Shown here piece after piece: positions 1 to 9,005 of a stretch of 26,542 nucleotides of DNA. Each line of letters starts with the position of its first letter. Within the stretch, counting starts at the first letter, position 1. This DNA comes from Candidatus Micrarchaeota archaeon. Its GTDB lineage: Archaea; Micrarchaeota; Micrarchaeia; Anstonellales; Bilamarchaeaceae. The notes under the pieces are model-generated. The model worked only from the letters and a program-made list of their open reading frames with translations, was not told the origin of the DNA and did no database searches. The position numbers and the translations under genes were made by a program. The stretch spans positions 1 through 26,542 of the forward strand of contig JAQBFN010000033.1 in NCBI GenBank assembly GCA_032123335.1, in the 5' to 3' direction.

Positions 1-2
1 TG

Positions 3-1499
3 CACAGGGCCACCGTTGCCGAGCTGGAGCACCAGGCAAACATGAACAAGGAAATCGGGTTTGCAGGATTTTCTGTGATTGGGAAACTGAGGGAGATGGA
101 GAAAAATTCGGATATCGAGATTGTTATTGAGGGGGAGAGGCCCCGGGGGGACCAGGTAAGGTATGCGAAAATCGGGGGAACCCTGGACTTCATGATAAGG
201 GAGCTGGCAAGGGGGATTGGGGCCACGCTGATTACAGGAGACCGGGTGCAGCATGAGGCTGCGCTTGCGGAAGGGGTTGAAACTTTATACCTGGGCGCCC
301 ATGAGGAATTCAAGAAGCTGGAATTTGAGAAATATTTTGACCTTCCGGACGTGATGAGCGTGCACATCAAGGAGAACTGTATAGTTGTAAGGAAGAGGGG
401 AAGGCCGGGGGATGTGCTTGTGGAGGAAATGGGAAAGCCAATTGCGCTGGACTATATCCGGAAGATGGGGGAGGAAATAATTGAGGCAGTAACCAGGAAC
501 AGGAGCTACTATTTTGAGATAGACAAAGTTGGGGCATCCGTGATACAGATGGGGCTGTACAGGATTGTGATTGCAAAGACCCCGTTTTCGGATGGGTTTG
601 AGATTACTATTGTGAGGCCGATTAAGAAACTCAAATTTTCGGATTACCATGTTTCTGCAAAGCTCAAGGACAGGATTGACAATATGGCTGAGGGGATTCT
701 GATTTGCGGGCCACCCGGGTCCGGGAAATCAACTTTTGCTGCTGCGCTTGCGGAATATTACTATGGGAAAAAGAAGGTTGTGAAAACCATGGAGAGCCCG
801 AGAGATATGCGGGTTGTGGATGCGATTACGCAGTATACTGCATTGGACGGGGATTTTGACAATACAAAAGAGGTTTTGCTGCTTGTGCGGCCGGACTATA
901 CCTTCTATGATGAGGTGCGCAAGATGAAGGATTTCCAGATTTTTGCGGATATGCGGCTTTCGGGAATCGGGCTTGTGGGGGTGGTGCACGGGCACCGTGC
1001 GATTGATGCGGTTCAGCGCTTGATTGGAAAGGTGGAACTGGGGATGATTCCGCAGATTGTGGATACGGTTATCCTGATTGACAAGGGAGAAGTTGGGCAA
1101 GTGTACGAGCTGGAGCAGGTAGTAAAAGTGCCCACAGGCATGAGGGAGCAGGATTTAGCGAGGCCTGTAATTGAGGTGCGCGAGTTTGAGGGCGGGGACC
1201 TTGAGTATGAGCTGTACAAGTTCGGGGAGGAAACCGTTGTGCTTTCGATGGAGAAGGCTACTCCTTTTGGGGGAAGCGGGGGAAGAAGAGGGAGGAGCTC
1301 TGGGAGAGGCGGGGGGCCCGGAAAGCTTGAGTCCACGCTTTCAAAAATAATGAGCTATGAATTCAAGCTGGAGAAGCAGGGGGGCAAGTTTGTGCTTCAT
1401 GCGCATCCGCATGATATGGCGTACTTATGTGGGAAGGGAATCAAGAAGCTGAGGAAGCTTGAGAATCGGTATGGGTCAATCCAGGTTGAGGAGATATGA
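3..1499 (+). CDS. PINc/VapC-family ATPase (PINA-like: PIN + PilT-type ATPase + KH), 5'-truncated by the window edge
   Basis: The frame is open upstream of ATG 42 (HRATVAELEHQANM, a PIN-domain segment). It has Walker A GPPGSGKST, LLVRPDYTFYDEVR, GVVHG and KVPTGMREQDLARPV, plus a C-terminal KH-like segment. Confidence 0.93.
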   Translation, partial: HRATVAELEHQANMNKEIGFAGFSVIGKLREMEKNSDIEIVIEGERPRGDQVRYAKIGGTLDFMIRELARGIGATLITGDRVQHEAALAEGVETLYLGAHEEFKKLEFEKYFDLPDVMSVHIKENCIVVRKRGRPGDVLVEEMGKPIALDYIRKMGEEIIEAVTRNRSYYFEIDKVGASVIQMGLYRIVIAKTPFSDGFEITIVRPIKKLKFSDYHVSAKLKDRIDNMAEGILICGPPGSGKSTFAAALAEYYYGKKKVVKTMESPRDMRVVDAITQYTALDGDFDNTKEVLLLVRPDYTFYDEVRKMKDFQIFADMRLSGIGLVGVVHGHRAIDAVQRLIGKVELGMIPQIVDTVILIDKGEVGQVYELEQVVKVPTGMREQDLARPVIEVREFEGGDLEYELYKFGEETVVLSMEKATPFGGSGGRRGRSSGRGGGPGKLESTLSKIMSYEFKLEKQGGKFVLHAHPHDMAYLCGKGIKKLRKLENRYGSIQVEEI

Positions 1500-2083
1500 C
1501 TGAAGTAATTTCCATTGAGAAGGATTATGAGAAAGCGTTTGCGCGGGCAAAGGAAGTGCTTTCTTCCGGCGGGGTTTTGGTTTACCCTACGGATACTGTT
1601 TATGGGATTGGCGGGGATGCGAGGAATCCGGAAGTAGTGGAACGGGTGAAGAAGATTAAGGGGAAGGAGGATTCTATATTTTCAGTTTTGCTTGGGGGAA
1701 TGGGGATGGTGAAGGAGTATGCGAAGGTTGAGGGGAAAACGCTGGGCGCGATTATGGATGTGTTTCCTGGGGCAACAACACTGATTTTGAAGGCGAAAAA
1801 AGAGCTTCCGGTTGTGAAGGAGGGGAAGATTGGGGTAAGGGTTCCAGAGCATATATTCATGCGGAAATTAAGTTTGGAATTGAATATGCCGATTATTACT
1901 ACTAGTGCGAACAGGAGCGGGGAGAAAGCGCCCGTAAGTGTTGCTGAGATTGATAAGGAAATTATTGTGGAAGTTGACCTGGTTCTGGATGGGGGGGAAA
2001 CCCTGCACAGGATGAGCTCAACTGTAATTGATGTTGAAGAAAAGAAAGTAAAAAGAGTGGGAGTTGGGGAAATTACTTTTTAG
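1496..2083 (+). CDS. tsaC: L-threonylcarbamoyladenylate synthase (TsaC/YrdC/Sua5 single domain)
   Basis: Motifs YPTDTVYGIG, KIKG, GVRVP, TTSANRSG and SSTVID; ATGA overlap with the upstream gene. Confidence 0.92.
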   Translation: MTEVISIEKDYEKAFARAKEVLSSGGVLVYPTDTVYGIGGDARNPEVVERVKKIKGKEDSIFSVLLGGMGMVKEYAKVEGKTLGAIMDVFPGATTLILKAKKELPVVKEGKIGVRVPEHIFMRKLSLELNMPIITTSANRSGEKAPVSVAEIDKEIIVEVDLVLDGGETLHRMSSTVIDVEEKKVKRVGVGEITF

Positions 2084-2873
2084 GCTTCCCCTTTTTCTTC
2101 CCGGAAACAAATTTTGAAATGTCCAGTCCTTCCATCGCCCTCAAGACTTCCAGCGGTGTAACAAACACGATTGTGTTGGACTGGTCTGCGCTCACATCTG
2201 AAAGAGTCTGGAGAGTCCTCAGGTGTAACCCTCCAGTGGATTTTGAAAGGTTCTCCGCGGCCTTTCTCAGGTTCTCCGAAGCTTCCAGTTCTCCCCCTGA
2301 GAGGATAATTGTTGCTCTCTTTTCCCTCTCAGCTTCTGCCTGCCTTGCCATTGCGCGCTTCATATCCTTTGGGAGCTCCACGTCCTGTATCTTGATTGCG
2401 GTGATGTCTACTCCCCACTTGTCTGTTTCCCTGTCTACAAGCTCTTTGATGTCCTTTGAGATGGATTCCCGCTCTACGAGCAGGGTATCCAGCGTTATTC
2501 CTCCAATTACATCTCTGAGGGCAGTCTGCGCGTACTGGGCAACCGCATAGGTGTAGTTCTGGATTTCCAGGATTGCGTCCTTGGTTTTCTGCACGCGGAA
2601 ATAAACTACTGCGTTTACGGCTACGGGAACATTATCCCGGGTCATTACCTCCTGCTTGGGAATGTCTACTGTAGTAATTCTTTTGTCCACCGTAAGGAGG
2701 GTGTGAACGATTGGGATTACTATGTTGAGGCCGGGCTTCACGTCTTTTGTGTATTTTCCGAAGGTAAGGAGGACTCCTTCCTTGTACTGGGGAACGATTC
2801 TTACGGCGGCAACCAGGAAAAAGATTCCAATTACTGCTGCTATTGGGATTACCCCACACATAATTTCGAGCAT
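2073..2873 (-). CDS. SPFH/band 7 stomatin-like (slipin) membrane protein
   Basis: N-terminal hydrophobic helix; QEVMTRDNVPV, AQTALRDVIG, RAMARQAEAEREKRA and LRTLQTL. Confidence 0.93.
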   Translation of the reverse strand: MLEIMCGVIPIAAVIGIFFLVAAVRIVPQYKEGVLLTFGKYTKDVKPGLNIVIPIVHTLLTVDKRITTVDIPKQEVMTRDNVPVAVNAVVYFRVQKTKDAILEIQNYTYAVAQYAQTALRDVIGGITLDTLLVERESISKDIKELVDRETDKWGVDITAIKIQDVELPKDMKRAMARQAEAEREKRATIILSGGELEASENLRKAAENLSKSTGGLHLRTLQTLSDVSADQSNTIVFVTPLEVLRAMEGLDISKFVSGKKKGKPKK

Positions 2874-2957
2874 GGGAGTATTTTGAAGAAAAGGAATAAA
2901 AGGAGTGGGGGAATGCGGGGAATAGGTTTTTATTTCTGAATTGAGTAAATTAGAACT

Positions 2958-3323
2958 ATGCCAAGGGAAGCAAAGATAAGGAAATCAAGGCTTGCGGGGC
3001 TTTTGATTGGAAAGAATGATGAGGTACTGAATAGGCTTGCGGGCGCGAAATTCGCAAAAACGCAGGCGAGGAGAACACCCCTGTACAACATGAATGAGGG
3101 GGAGAGGGAATCTCTGCTTTTCCCGCTTAAGTTCCTGGAGGGGATGGGGGTCGATGTACCCAAGATGGATGAGAAATCCATTTTTGTGAAGACCGGACCG
3201 AACAACGGGCAGCTGGAAAGCAAAGAAGGAACTTTCTCATTTGTGTTCAGCGGCAGTAACATTTTGTATTCGGTAAATGGTGGGCCAAGGAAAAAAATGA
3301 ATAAGAGGGGCCTGCAAGGCTGA
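2958..3323 (+). CDS. hypothetical protein
   Basis: 121-aa ATG ORF filling the gap divergent from the SPFH gene; no recognisable motif. Confidence 0.6.
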   Translation: MPREAKIRKSRLAGLLIGKNDEVLNRLAGAKFAKTQARRTPLYNMNEGERESLLFPLKFLEGMGVDVPKMDEKSIFVKTGPNNGQLESKEGTFSFVFSGSNILYSVNGGPRKKMNKRGLQG

Positions 3324-3332
3324 GATGATTGT

Positions 3333-3704
3333 ATGGAAGAGTTCAAGGATAAACATGATATTCAAACCGAAGAAAGGATGACTAAGGTTAACCCGCTTTC
3401 AGAAATACCTGAGAGGGTAATGGGAGTACGGGAATATTGCCTGCGTGCATTTGAGGAAGCGCATAAAGCATTCGGCGAGCAGATGGGTTCTGATTTCGAG
3501 AGGGCCCTTGCCCGCCTGGAGGAAGCGGATTTCTCAGTGAGCGTTGATGAGGCAACCCATACAATAAGCACAAGGGATGCGCACGGGTACCTTCTTTCCC
3601 TGAGCGTGGACCATGAAACTGTAACGCTTATGCTTTCAAAGGAGGGGAAGCAGGACACGATTACCTACAAAAATGGGGAAATAAGCAGGAGAAGGCAAGT
3701 TTAG
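3333..3704 (+). CDS. hypothetical protein
   Basis: 123-aa ATG ORF 9 nt after the previous gene; helical N-half and beta-meander-like C-half; its stop overlaps the convergent gene. Confidence 0.7.
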   Translation: MEEFKDKHDIQTEERMTKVNPLSEIPERVMGVREYCLRAFEEAHKAFGEQMGSDFERALARLEEADFSVSVDEATHTISTRDAHGYLLSLSVDHETVTLMLSKEGKQDTITYKNGEISRRRQV

Positions 3705-4195
3705 CTTTCTTCTTCAGGCTCCCCCTTTTTGGGTTTTACTGATTGACTTGGGGCCTCCTCTATTTCTGCAGGCTCGTATTTTTCCTCTTCTTTTCCCAGT
3801 ATTGCATCCACTAGTTTTTGGAAAAGGCCTTTGTCCTCAGATTCCACCCGGGTTATTTTGATGGGGGTGGCTGAGCCTCCCGGGCCCCTGGAAAGGAAAT
3901 CCTGGGAAGAAAGGTCATAGCAGATTTTGCAGAGCTTCCTCCCCCCGAGCATGTAGAACACATCTGTGGGCCTTCCGCAGCGCTCACATTCTCCCACGGA
4001 AGTGCTGGATTCCTCGCTTGTTTCGGATTCACGGGCAGCTTCCTCCATTTTTTCTTCTTTTTCCCTCTCTTCTTCCTGGAGTGCACCACGGCAGGAGGGG
4101 CACAGAAGCTGGCCTTCAAAATACTGGGCTTCATCTGCAGGAAAATAGCTTCCGCACCTCTGGCATTGCTTGTGCGTGGCCGTGAAATCATCCAT
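3701..4195 (-). CDS. tandem C4 zinc-finger protein with acidic linker
   Basis: CQRC-x18-CPSC and CERC-x15-CKIC separated by a Glu-rich linker; amphipathic KGLFQKLVDAILG near the C-terminus. Confidence 0.8.
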   Translation of the reverse strand: MDDFTATHKQCQRCGSYFPADEAQYFEGQLLCPSCRGALQEEEREKEEKMEEAARESETSEESSTSVGECERCGRPTDVFYMLGGRKLCKICYDLSSQDFLSRGPGGSATPIKITRVESEDKGLFQKLVDAILGKEEEKYEPAEIEEAPSQSVKPKKGEPEEES

Positions 4196-4300
4196 AATAT
4201 TCTATACAAATAAGGGGATATATAGGGTTTTGGGAGAGGTGTGTTAATAAATGGAAGAAAGTATAATATTTAAAAGGCTTTCCCTTGAAGAATATATACC

Positions 4301-7300
4301 ATGAATACTATTCAAAAGCCACCCAAGAGGGATAAGACTAATCCAGGGCATGAAGTTCCTTCAGTTCCAAAAGCAGCAAAGATTACTATGGACATCATGG
4401 ACAGGGGCGGAAAGGCGATAACGGCAGCACTGTCAGGAGTAGGCACGAACAGACCTGTGCCAGGTATCAAGGAACCGAGCATGATGATGTGGAGGCCAAC
4501 GTCCGGCTCAAGTGAGATTCCCACAGAGAACGAAGCAGAACTGCTGGAGCATGAAAATCAAAACAGGAAATTCCTTCCATACGCAAATGTTCACACGCTT
4601 ATTTCTGAAACACTCAACAGGAGCAAAGACGAATGGCTGCACAACCATAAGAAGACGAGGGCAGCTGTTGCCGAGGCTATTGGGATTCTTGGTGAGCAGA
4701 AGGAAAGGGACATTACTGATGATTATACCCGTGCAAAATACGGGCTTGTGAAAGGCTTTGGAGATATTACAAAGAACAACAAAGCGCTTTATGCTTTTGA
4801 GATGTGGCTTATCAAAAAGGAACGCCAATATGAACGCTTGAGCGGTGCATACCCTGAACTGAGGATGCTCAGTTTTGCGCCTTATGGGCAGGTTGTGGAC
4901 CGCTGCAGGGAGATGATACCGACTTCTGAGATTGCAAGGGAATACTACATAATGGTGGGGCACACCTCAGGGATGGCTGGCGCTTCTGCAGAAGATTCAA
5001 TAGAAATGGAAGATGGGCTTACAGGAAAATCATACTCGACGGTTGGGGAGCTGGAAAAGCTTAGATTTGATGTTTGGCTCCAGACCAGAGTACCCCTGAA
5101 AGAAGAGGACCTACTCAGGGAAAGAGAAGGAGCGCTCTACAGGGTTGGAGAACTTCTGAAAACCATTAATGAAAATGATGCTGCGCATGAAGCAAGGGTA
5201 GAAAGGGCATACAGAATGCTTGAGCGCACGGATGCAGATAATTATGATCTTGAAGCAATTGATGAAAAAAGATATGCACTCATGACCCAGCAGGCAGATG
5301 CACTCACGGCAGTTGCTGAAGAGATGGCTAAGGTCAGGGCAGAGAACAGTACTCTTATTGACAGGATAAACAACATGGAAAGCACCATTGTAACGCTTAC
5401 TGCGAAGGTTGAGGGAAGGGATTCCGAAACGTTTACAGCTGATGATTATACGAGGGAAACAGTAGTTTCTGCAGAATTTCCTGTGCCCCATGAAGTAATA
5501 GAAGCAGAAATTAGTGATGCTATAGCTTCAGCCCTTGGGGAAGGGGTGGAAGACCTTACGGGTGATGAGGTTGAACCCTCTGTTGAAAAGATGTTAGACA
5601 GCGAGGTAATGGATGGGATTGCGGCACTGCGGGCTGAAGCTACAGAAAAAGCAGAGGTCACGGGGGACCTGGCCCGGGCAGCACTGCAGGCCAAAGCAGA
5701 TGCGGCAGCACTTGTTGCGGCTGCAGAAGCAGTGAGAAAAAGTGAAGACGTTACTGGAGACATTCTGCTTGAAGAGATTGAAGAGCTTCCTGCGGCTCCA
5801 AGGAAAGAGAGGGGCAGGTTATGGAAAACCGTCCCTGGCAGAGTCGTCGACAATATTTTTGTTTATGGAGTTGCTGGAAAGGGAGACAAGATGTACCCGC
5901 CCAAAAAAGAGAACTATGCGGGCGACCTTGAGCACGCGAGGGCCGGAAGTGATTACAATTCCTGGTATGGGCAGACTGGAAGGAAGATACGGAAAACGCT
6001 TGAAGGCACACGGAGGAACTGGAAGGCTGTAACCGCAGTTGCAACCGGGGTTGCAGTTATTGCTGCAGCTACTACCGGATACTTCATGTATGCACCTGCA
6101 CAGGAGAAGCCTGAGCAGAGGGCGCTCAGTGAACTTAACAAGCCTGCAGTTACGCAGGTTGCGGTTGTGGATGACACCGCTCCAGAGAAGGCAACGGAAG
6201 TAAAGAAGGTTGAGCCCAAGCCTGAGCCTCTTGCAAAGCTTGCGCTTGCAGATGTGCTTGCAAAGTACAATCTGGAGCTTGAGGATGGCACCAACATGGC
6301 CAGGTTCTACAGGGACCTGAATGTTGAAGATGTGCAGGAGAAATACGTAATATTGGAGGAAGCGCTCAGGACTGATGAGCAGCTCCAGAAATATGAGAGA
6401 AAATACAGTGAAAAACCAATCCTTGAGATGTACGCAGACTTCCTGAGCACTGCAATGGCTTATGCAGAACTTGCAGGCCAGACTGATGCTGAGAAGGCTG
6501 GTGCAAAGGCAGTTGGGGAAAGGGTTGCAAAGAGGCTTGAGAGCCGTGTCCAGCAGAAGAGAATCAAGAAAAAGATTGGGGTTGAAAAAGCTTCTGAGCT
6601 GAGGGAGCTTGCGGTCCAGTTTACTGAATTTGCGGCTGCACTTCCTGTTGTTGCCGAAGTGGAAGACCCCGAGGAAACGCTTGTGATCACCCCAGAGCAG
6701 TTCGAAGGGATGAGGGAGGCAGGCGACGAGCCAGAAATACCTGTGATTATCCTGCCTGATAAAACAGATGAAAAGCCATTCGATGTTGAGAAGGAAATGG
6801 GCAAGGTAGTTAAGGCAGAATTCGAGAGCCTTGATTCCCCGTCCAGCGTGAATGAATTCAACAGGAAGGCAGGCAAGGCAGAGAAACTTGGGGAGAAGTT
6901 CCTCATGCAGGCGCACCTTACTGACCAGATTATCGAGCATGGAATGGAAACAAAGATGTCCGAGAAGAGGGTGCTCTTCATGCACATCGATACGATGAAT
7001 GCAGCAATCCTGTTTGCAAGGGCTGATGGCCAGGGCATGACTGCGATTGCAGAGGCGCTCAATGCATTCGACCTTGCAAACGGGGAAGTGAAGAGGTTCC
7101 TTGGTTACAAGAAGATACAAAAGGACCTTGGAAAGAAGGGAGATGCAATTGAGAAGAATATTACCTGGCTCAGGAACAGGGCAGAGGAGCTGAAGAACAA
7201 GGTAGATGCTTATGGGAGGAATAAGGACGTGGCAGTTCCGCTTCCCGGGTCTCCGGCTGTGGACAATGAAAATGGAGTTCCTACTGCAGTGCCTGCGACG

Positions 7301-7831
7301 GTGCAGCTAGACCGCAACAATGAATATGTTGCAATGCAGACGGTTGTGTTCTCAAAGCACGGGCTCAGCATACTTGAGCACCCGCTCAAAGTGCGGAAGC
7401 AGATGAGGGGCATGAAGCTCAACAGCTTTGACAAGTTCATCATCCTGGAAAACCTAGTGGATAAGGTGATGAACAACTCCAGGTGGATGGAGGGCCTTAC
7501 AAAGGCAGAGCAGTTCGATATGCTTAAGCTGCTGGCAAAATACCTGGAAGCTACCACTAGGGCAGCCAATGAGCCCAAGAACTGGCCCGATGGCCACAAG
7601 AGGGAGGACATTATGCTGAATTCCCTGGCAATCGATGTAAGCGACCGGATCAAGGAACTGCGTGAGAAAAGGAAGAAGGATGCGACGCCGCCAAAAGGCA
7701 GTGAGCATCTCTACTTCCCGCTTGACGAAGGAACGTTCCAGGTGATTGGCGCAGCAGCAAAGAAATTTGATGAGCAGCTAAACTACGAGTACAGGCAGAA
7801 GCAGAGACTGAAAGGCGATGATGGGGAATAA
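4301..7831 (+). CDS. large orphan single-pass membrane protein with coiled coil and C-terminal repeats
   Basis: 1176-aa ORF with a TTTAAA box about 25-30 nt upstream. A heptad-like region lies at about aa 290-375. One TM (AVTAVATGVAVIAAATTGYFMYA, ~6026-6094) is preceded by basic residues. Confidence 0.85.
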   Translation: MNTIQKPPKRDKTNPGHEVPSVPKAAKITMDIMDRGGKAITAALSGVGTNRPVPGIKEPSMMMWRPTSGSSEIPTENEAELLEHENQNRKFLPYANVHTLISETLNRSKDEWLHNHKKTRAAVAEAIGILGEQKERDITDDYTRAKYGLVKGFGDITKNNKALYAFEMWLIKKERQYERLSGAYPELRMLSFAPYGQVVDRCREMIPTSEIAREYYIMVGHTSGMAGASAEDSIEMEDGLTGKSYSTVGELEKLRFDVWLQTRVPLKEEDLLREREGALYRVGELLKTINENDAAHEARVERAYRMLERTDADNYDLEAIDEKRYALMTQQADALTAVAEEMAKVRAENSTLIDRINNMESTIVTLTAKVEGRDSETFTADDYTRETVVSAEFPVPHEVIEAEISDAIASALGEGVEDLTGDEVEPSVEKMLDSEVMDGIAALRAEATEKAEVTGDLARAALQAKADAAALVAAAEAVRKSEDVTGDILLEEIEELPAAPRKERGRLWKTVPGRVVDNIFVYGVAGKGDKMYPPKKENYAGDLEHARAGSDYNSWYGQTGRKIRKTLEGTRRNWKAVTAVATGVAVIAAATTGYFMYAPAQEKPEQRALSELNKPAVTQVAVVDDTAPEKATEVKKVEPKPEPLAKLALADVLAKYNLELEDGTNMARFYRDLNVEDVQEKYVILEEALRTDEQLQKYERKYSEKPILEMYADFLSTAMAYAELAGQTDAEKAGAKAVGERVAKRLESRVQQKRIKKKIGVEKASELRELAVQFTEFAAALPVVAEVEDPEETLVITPEQFEGMREAGDEPEIPVIILPDKTDEKPFDVEKEMGKVVKAEFESLDSPSSVNEFNRKAGKAEKLGEKFLMQAHLTDQIIEHGMETKMSEKRVLFMHIDTMNAAILFARADGQGMTAIAEALNAFDLANGEVKRFLGYKKIQKDLGKKGDAIEKNITWLRNRAEELKNKVDAYGRNKDVAVPLPGSPAVDNENGVPTAVPATVQLDRNNEYVAMQTVVFSKHGLSILEHPLKVRKQMRGMKLNSFDKFIILENLVDKVMNNSRWMEGLTKAEQFDMLKLLAKYLEATTRAANEPKNWPDGHKREDIMLNSLAIDVSDRIKELREKRKKDATPPKGSEHLYFPLDEGTFQVIGAAAKKFDEQLNYEYRQKQRLKGDDGE

Positions 7832-7844
7832 ACCTCCCCAGGCA

Positions 7845-8579
7845 TTATTTTTTAGATTGGATTTTTATTGCGTGCTTTATTGCCTGGTAGACTGCTGCTG
7901 ATTCTAATTCTTTGATTCCTTTTTCAGTTACTCCTCCCTTTGTTGTTACTTTTTCCATTATTTCTTCGCAGGAGGATTTGGAAAGGAGTGCACCGGTTCC
8001 TGAGAAGACCTGGGATAGGAGGAGGTTTGCGGTTTCTTCCGGGACTCCCTGCTCCTTTGCTGCTTCGCGCATTGCACGTGCGAAATAAGCAAAATATGCC
8101 GGGGAGGAACCAACAATTGCGGTGATTATGTCCATCTGGGATTCTTCTACTTTTACTGTTACGCCTACGCGGGAAAAGAGCTCGAGGAATGCCTTTTCTT
8201 CCTCTGGGGAAACGTGCTTGCCTAAAGTATAGGGAAGCGGGGAGAAATTTTCCGCTGCTGCAATATTGGGCATTATGCGGATTATTTTTGAGCTTGGGGA
8301 TGCCTCCTGCATTTCTGCAAGGGTTACCTTTGCTGCAGGAGAAACCAGGAGTTTATCTGTTGGGTTTTCTTTGAGCACGAAAAGAATTGCGTCCGGCTTC
8401 AGGGCAAGGAAAATCATTTCGGATTTTTCAAGAACCTCTTTGGGGGAAGAAGCTTTCTGGACTCCTTCCATGCTTAATTTCTCTTCTGAAGAATCGAATA
8501 CAAGTACTTTGACACCGGCGTTCAGGAAACCCTGGGCAAATGCGCTCCCAAGCTTTCCAAAACCTATTATGCCAATCAT
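7845..8579 (-). CDS. proC: pyrroline-5-carboxylate reductase
   Basis: IGIIGFGKLG Rossmann motif, LALKP, IRIMPN, GSSPAY and VTTKGGVTEKG. Confidence 0.92.
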   Translation of the reverse strand: MIGIIGFGKLGSAFAQGFLNAGVKVLVFDSSEEKLSMEGVQKASSPKEVLEKSEMIFLALKPDAILFVLKENPTDKLLVSPAAKVTLAEMQEASPSSKIIRIMPNIAAAENFSPLPYTLGKHVSPEEEKAFLELFSRVGVTVKVEESQMDIITAIVGSSPAYFAYFARAMREAAKEQGVPEETANLLLSQVFSGTGALLSKSSCEEIMEKVTTKGGVTEKGIKELESAAVYQAIKHAIKIQSKK

Positions 8580-8995
8580 TGTTCCAACTCACACTCTGTA
8601 AGGATGCCGAGATTTTCAAGGCTTTTTGTGCCGAGGTGCTTTTCCCCATCGATAATCCAGGTGGGGTAAGCTTCTATGCCTGCAAGAGTGCACAGCTCCC
8701 TGCTCTCGTCACAGTTTACAAACTTCACTTTTTCAAAATGTTCCCCAAACAGGCTCTTCTGGTCCTGGCAGTGGGAGCACCAGTCTGTTCCATAGAATAC
8801 TGCACCACTTTCGGTGAGGCAGGTTGCGAACTCTGCAGTTGCTGCTGTCTGGCCACTATAGCCTACGCTGCCGCTTCCATATCCCGCACCAAGAGCAAGG
8901 AAGAACGCGAATATCACTGCTATTGCTATCACGATTATCTGTATCCAGCCCTGGGTTGTAACTCCCAGAAATTCTTTCTTCTTTTTTTCTGCCAT
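8576..8995 (-). CDS. membrane-anchored thioredoxin/glutaredoxin-like CxxC protein
   Basis: N-terminal TM, then FYGTDWCSHCQDQK and cis-Pro YPTW. Start placed at ATG 8995 behind the GGTGA RBS (9001-9005). Confidence 0.85.
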   Translation of the reverse strand: MAEKKKKEFLGVTTQGWIQIIVIAIAVIFAFFLALGAGYGSGSVGYSGQTAATAEFATCLTESGAVFYGTDWCSHCQDQKSLFGEHFEKVKFVNCDESRELCTLAGIEAYPTWIIDGEKHLGTKSLENLGILTECELEQ

Positions 8996-9005
8996 GATTA
9001 TCACC

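Noticed and set aside
2073..2957. SPFH gene lacking an adjacent NfeD partner
   Set aside because: Solo SPFH genes are common and the partner may lie elsewhere in the genome.
5819..7120. 433-aa antisense ORF within the large orphan gene
   Set aside because: It lies fully opposite a well-formed gene and has the Leu/Phe/Cys/His-rich composition expected from mirrored codon bias, with no motifs.
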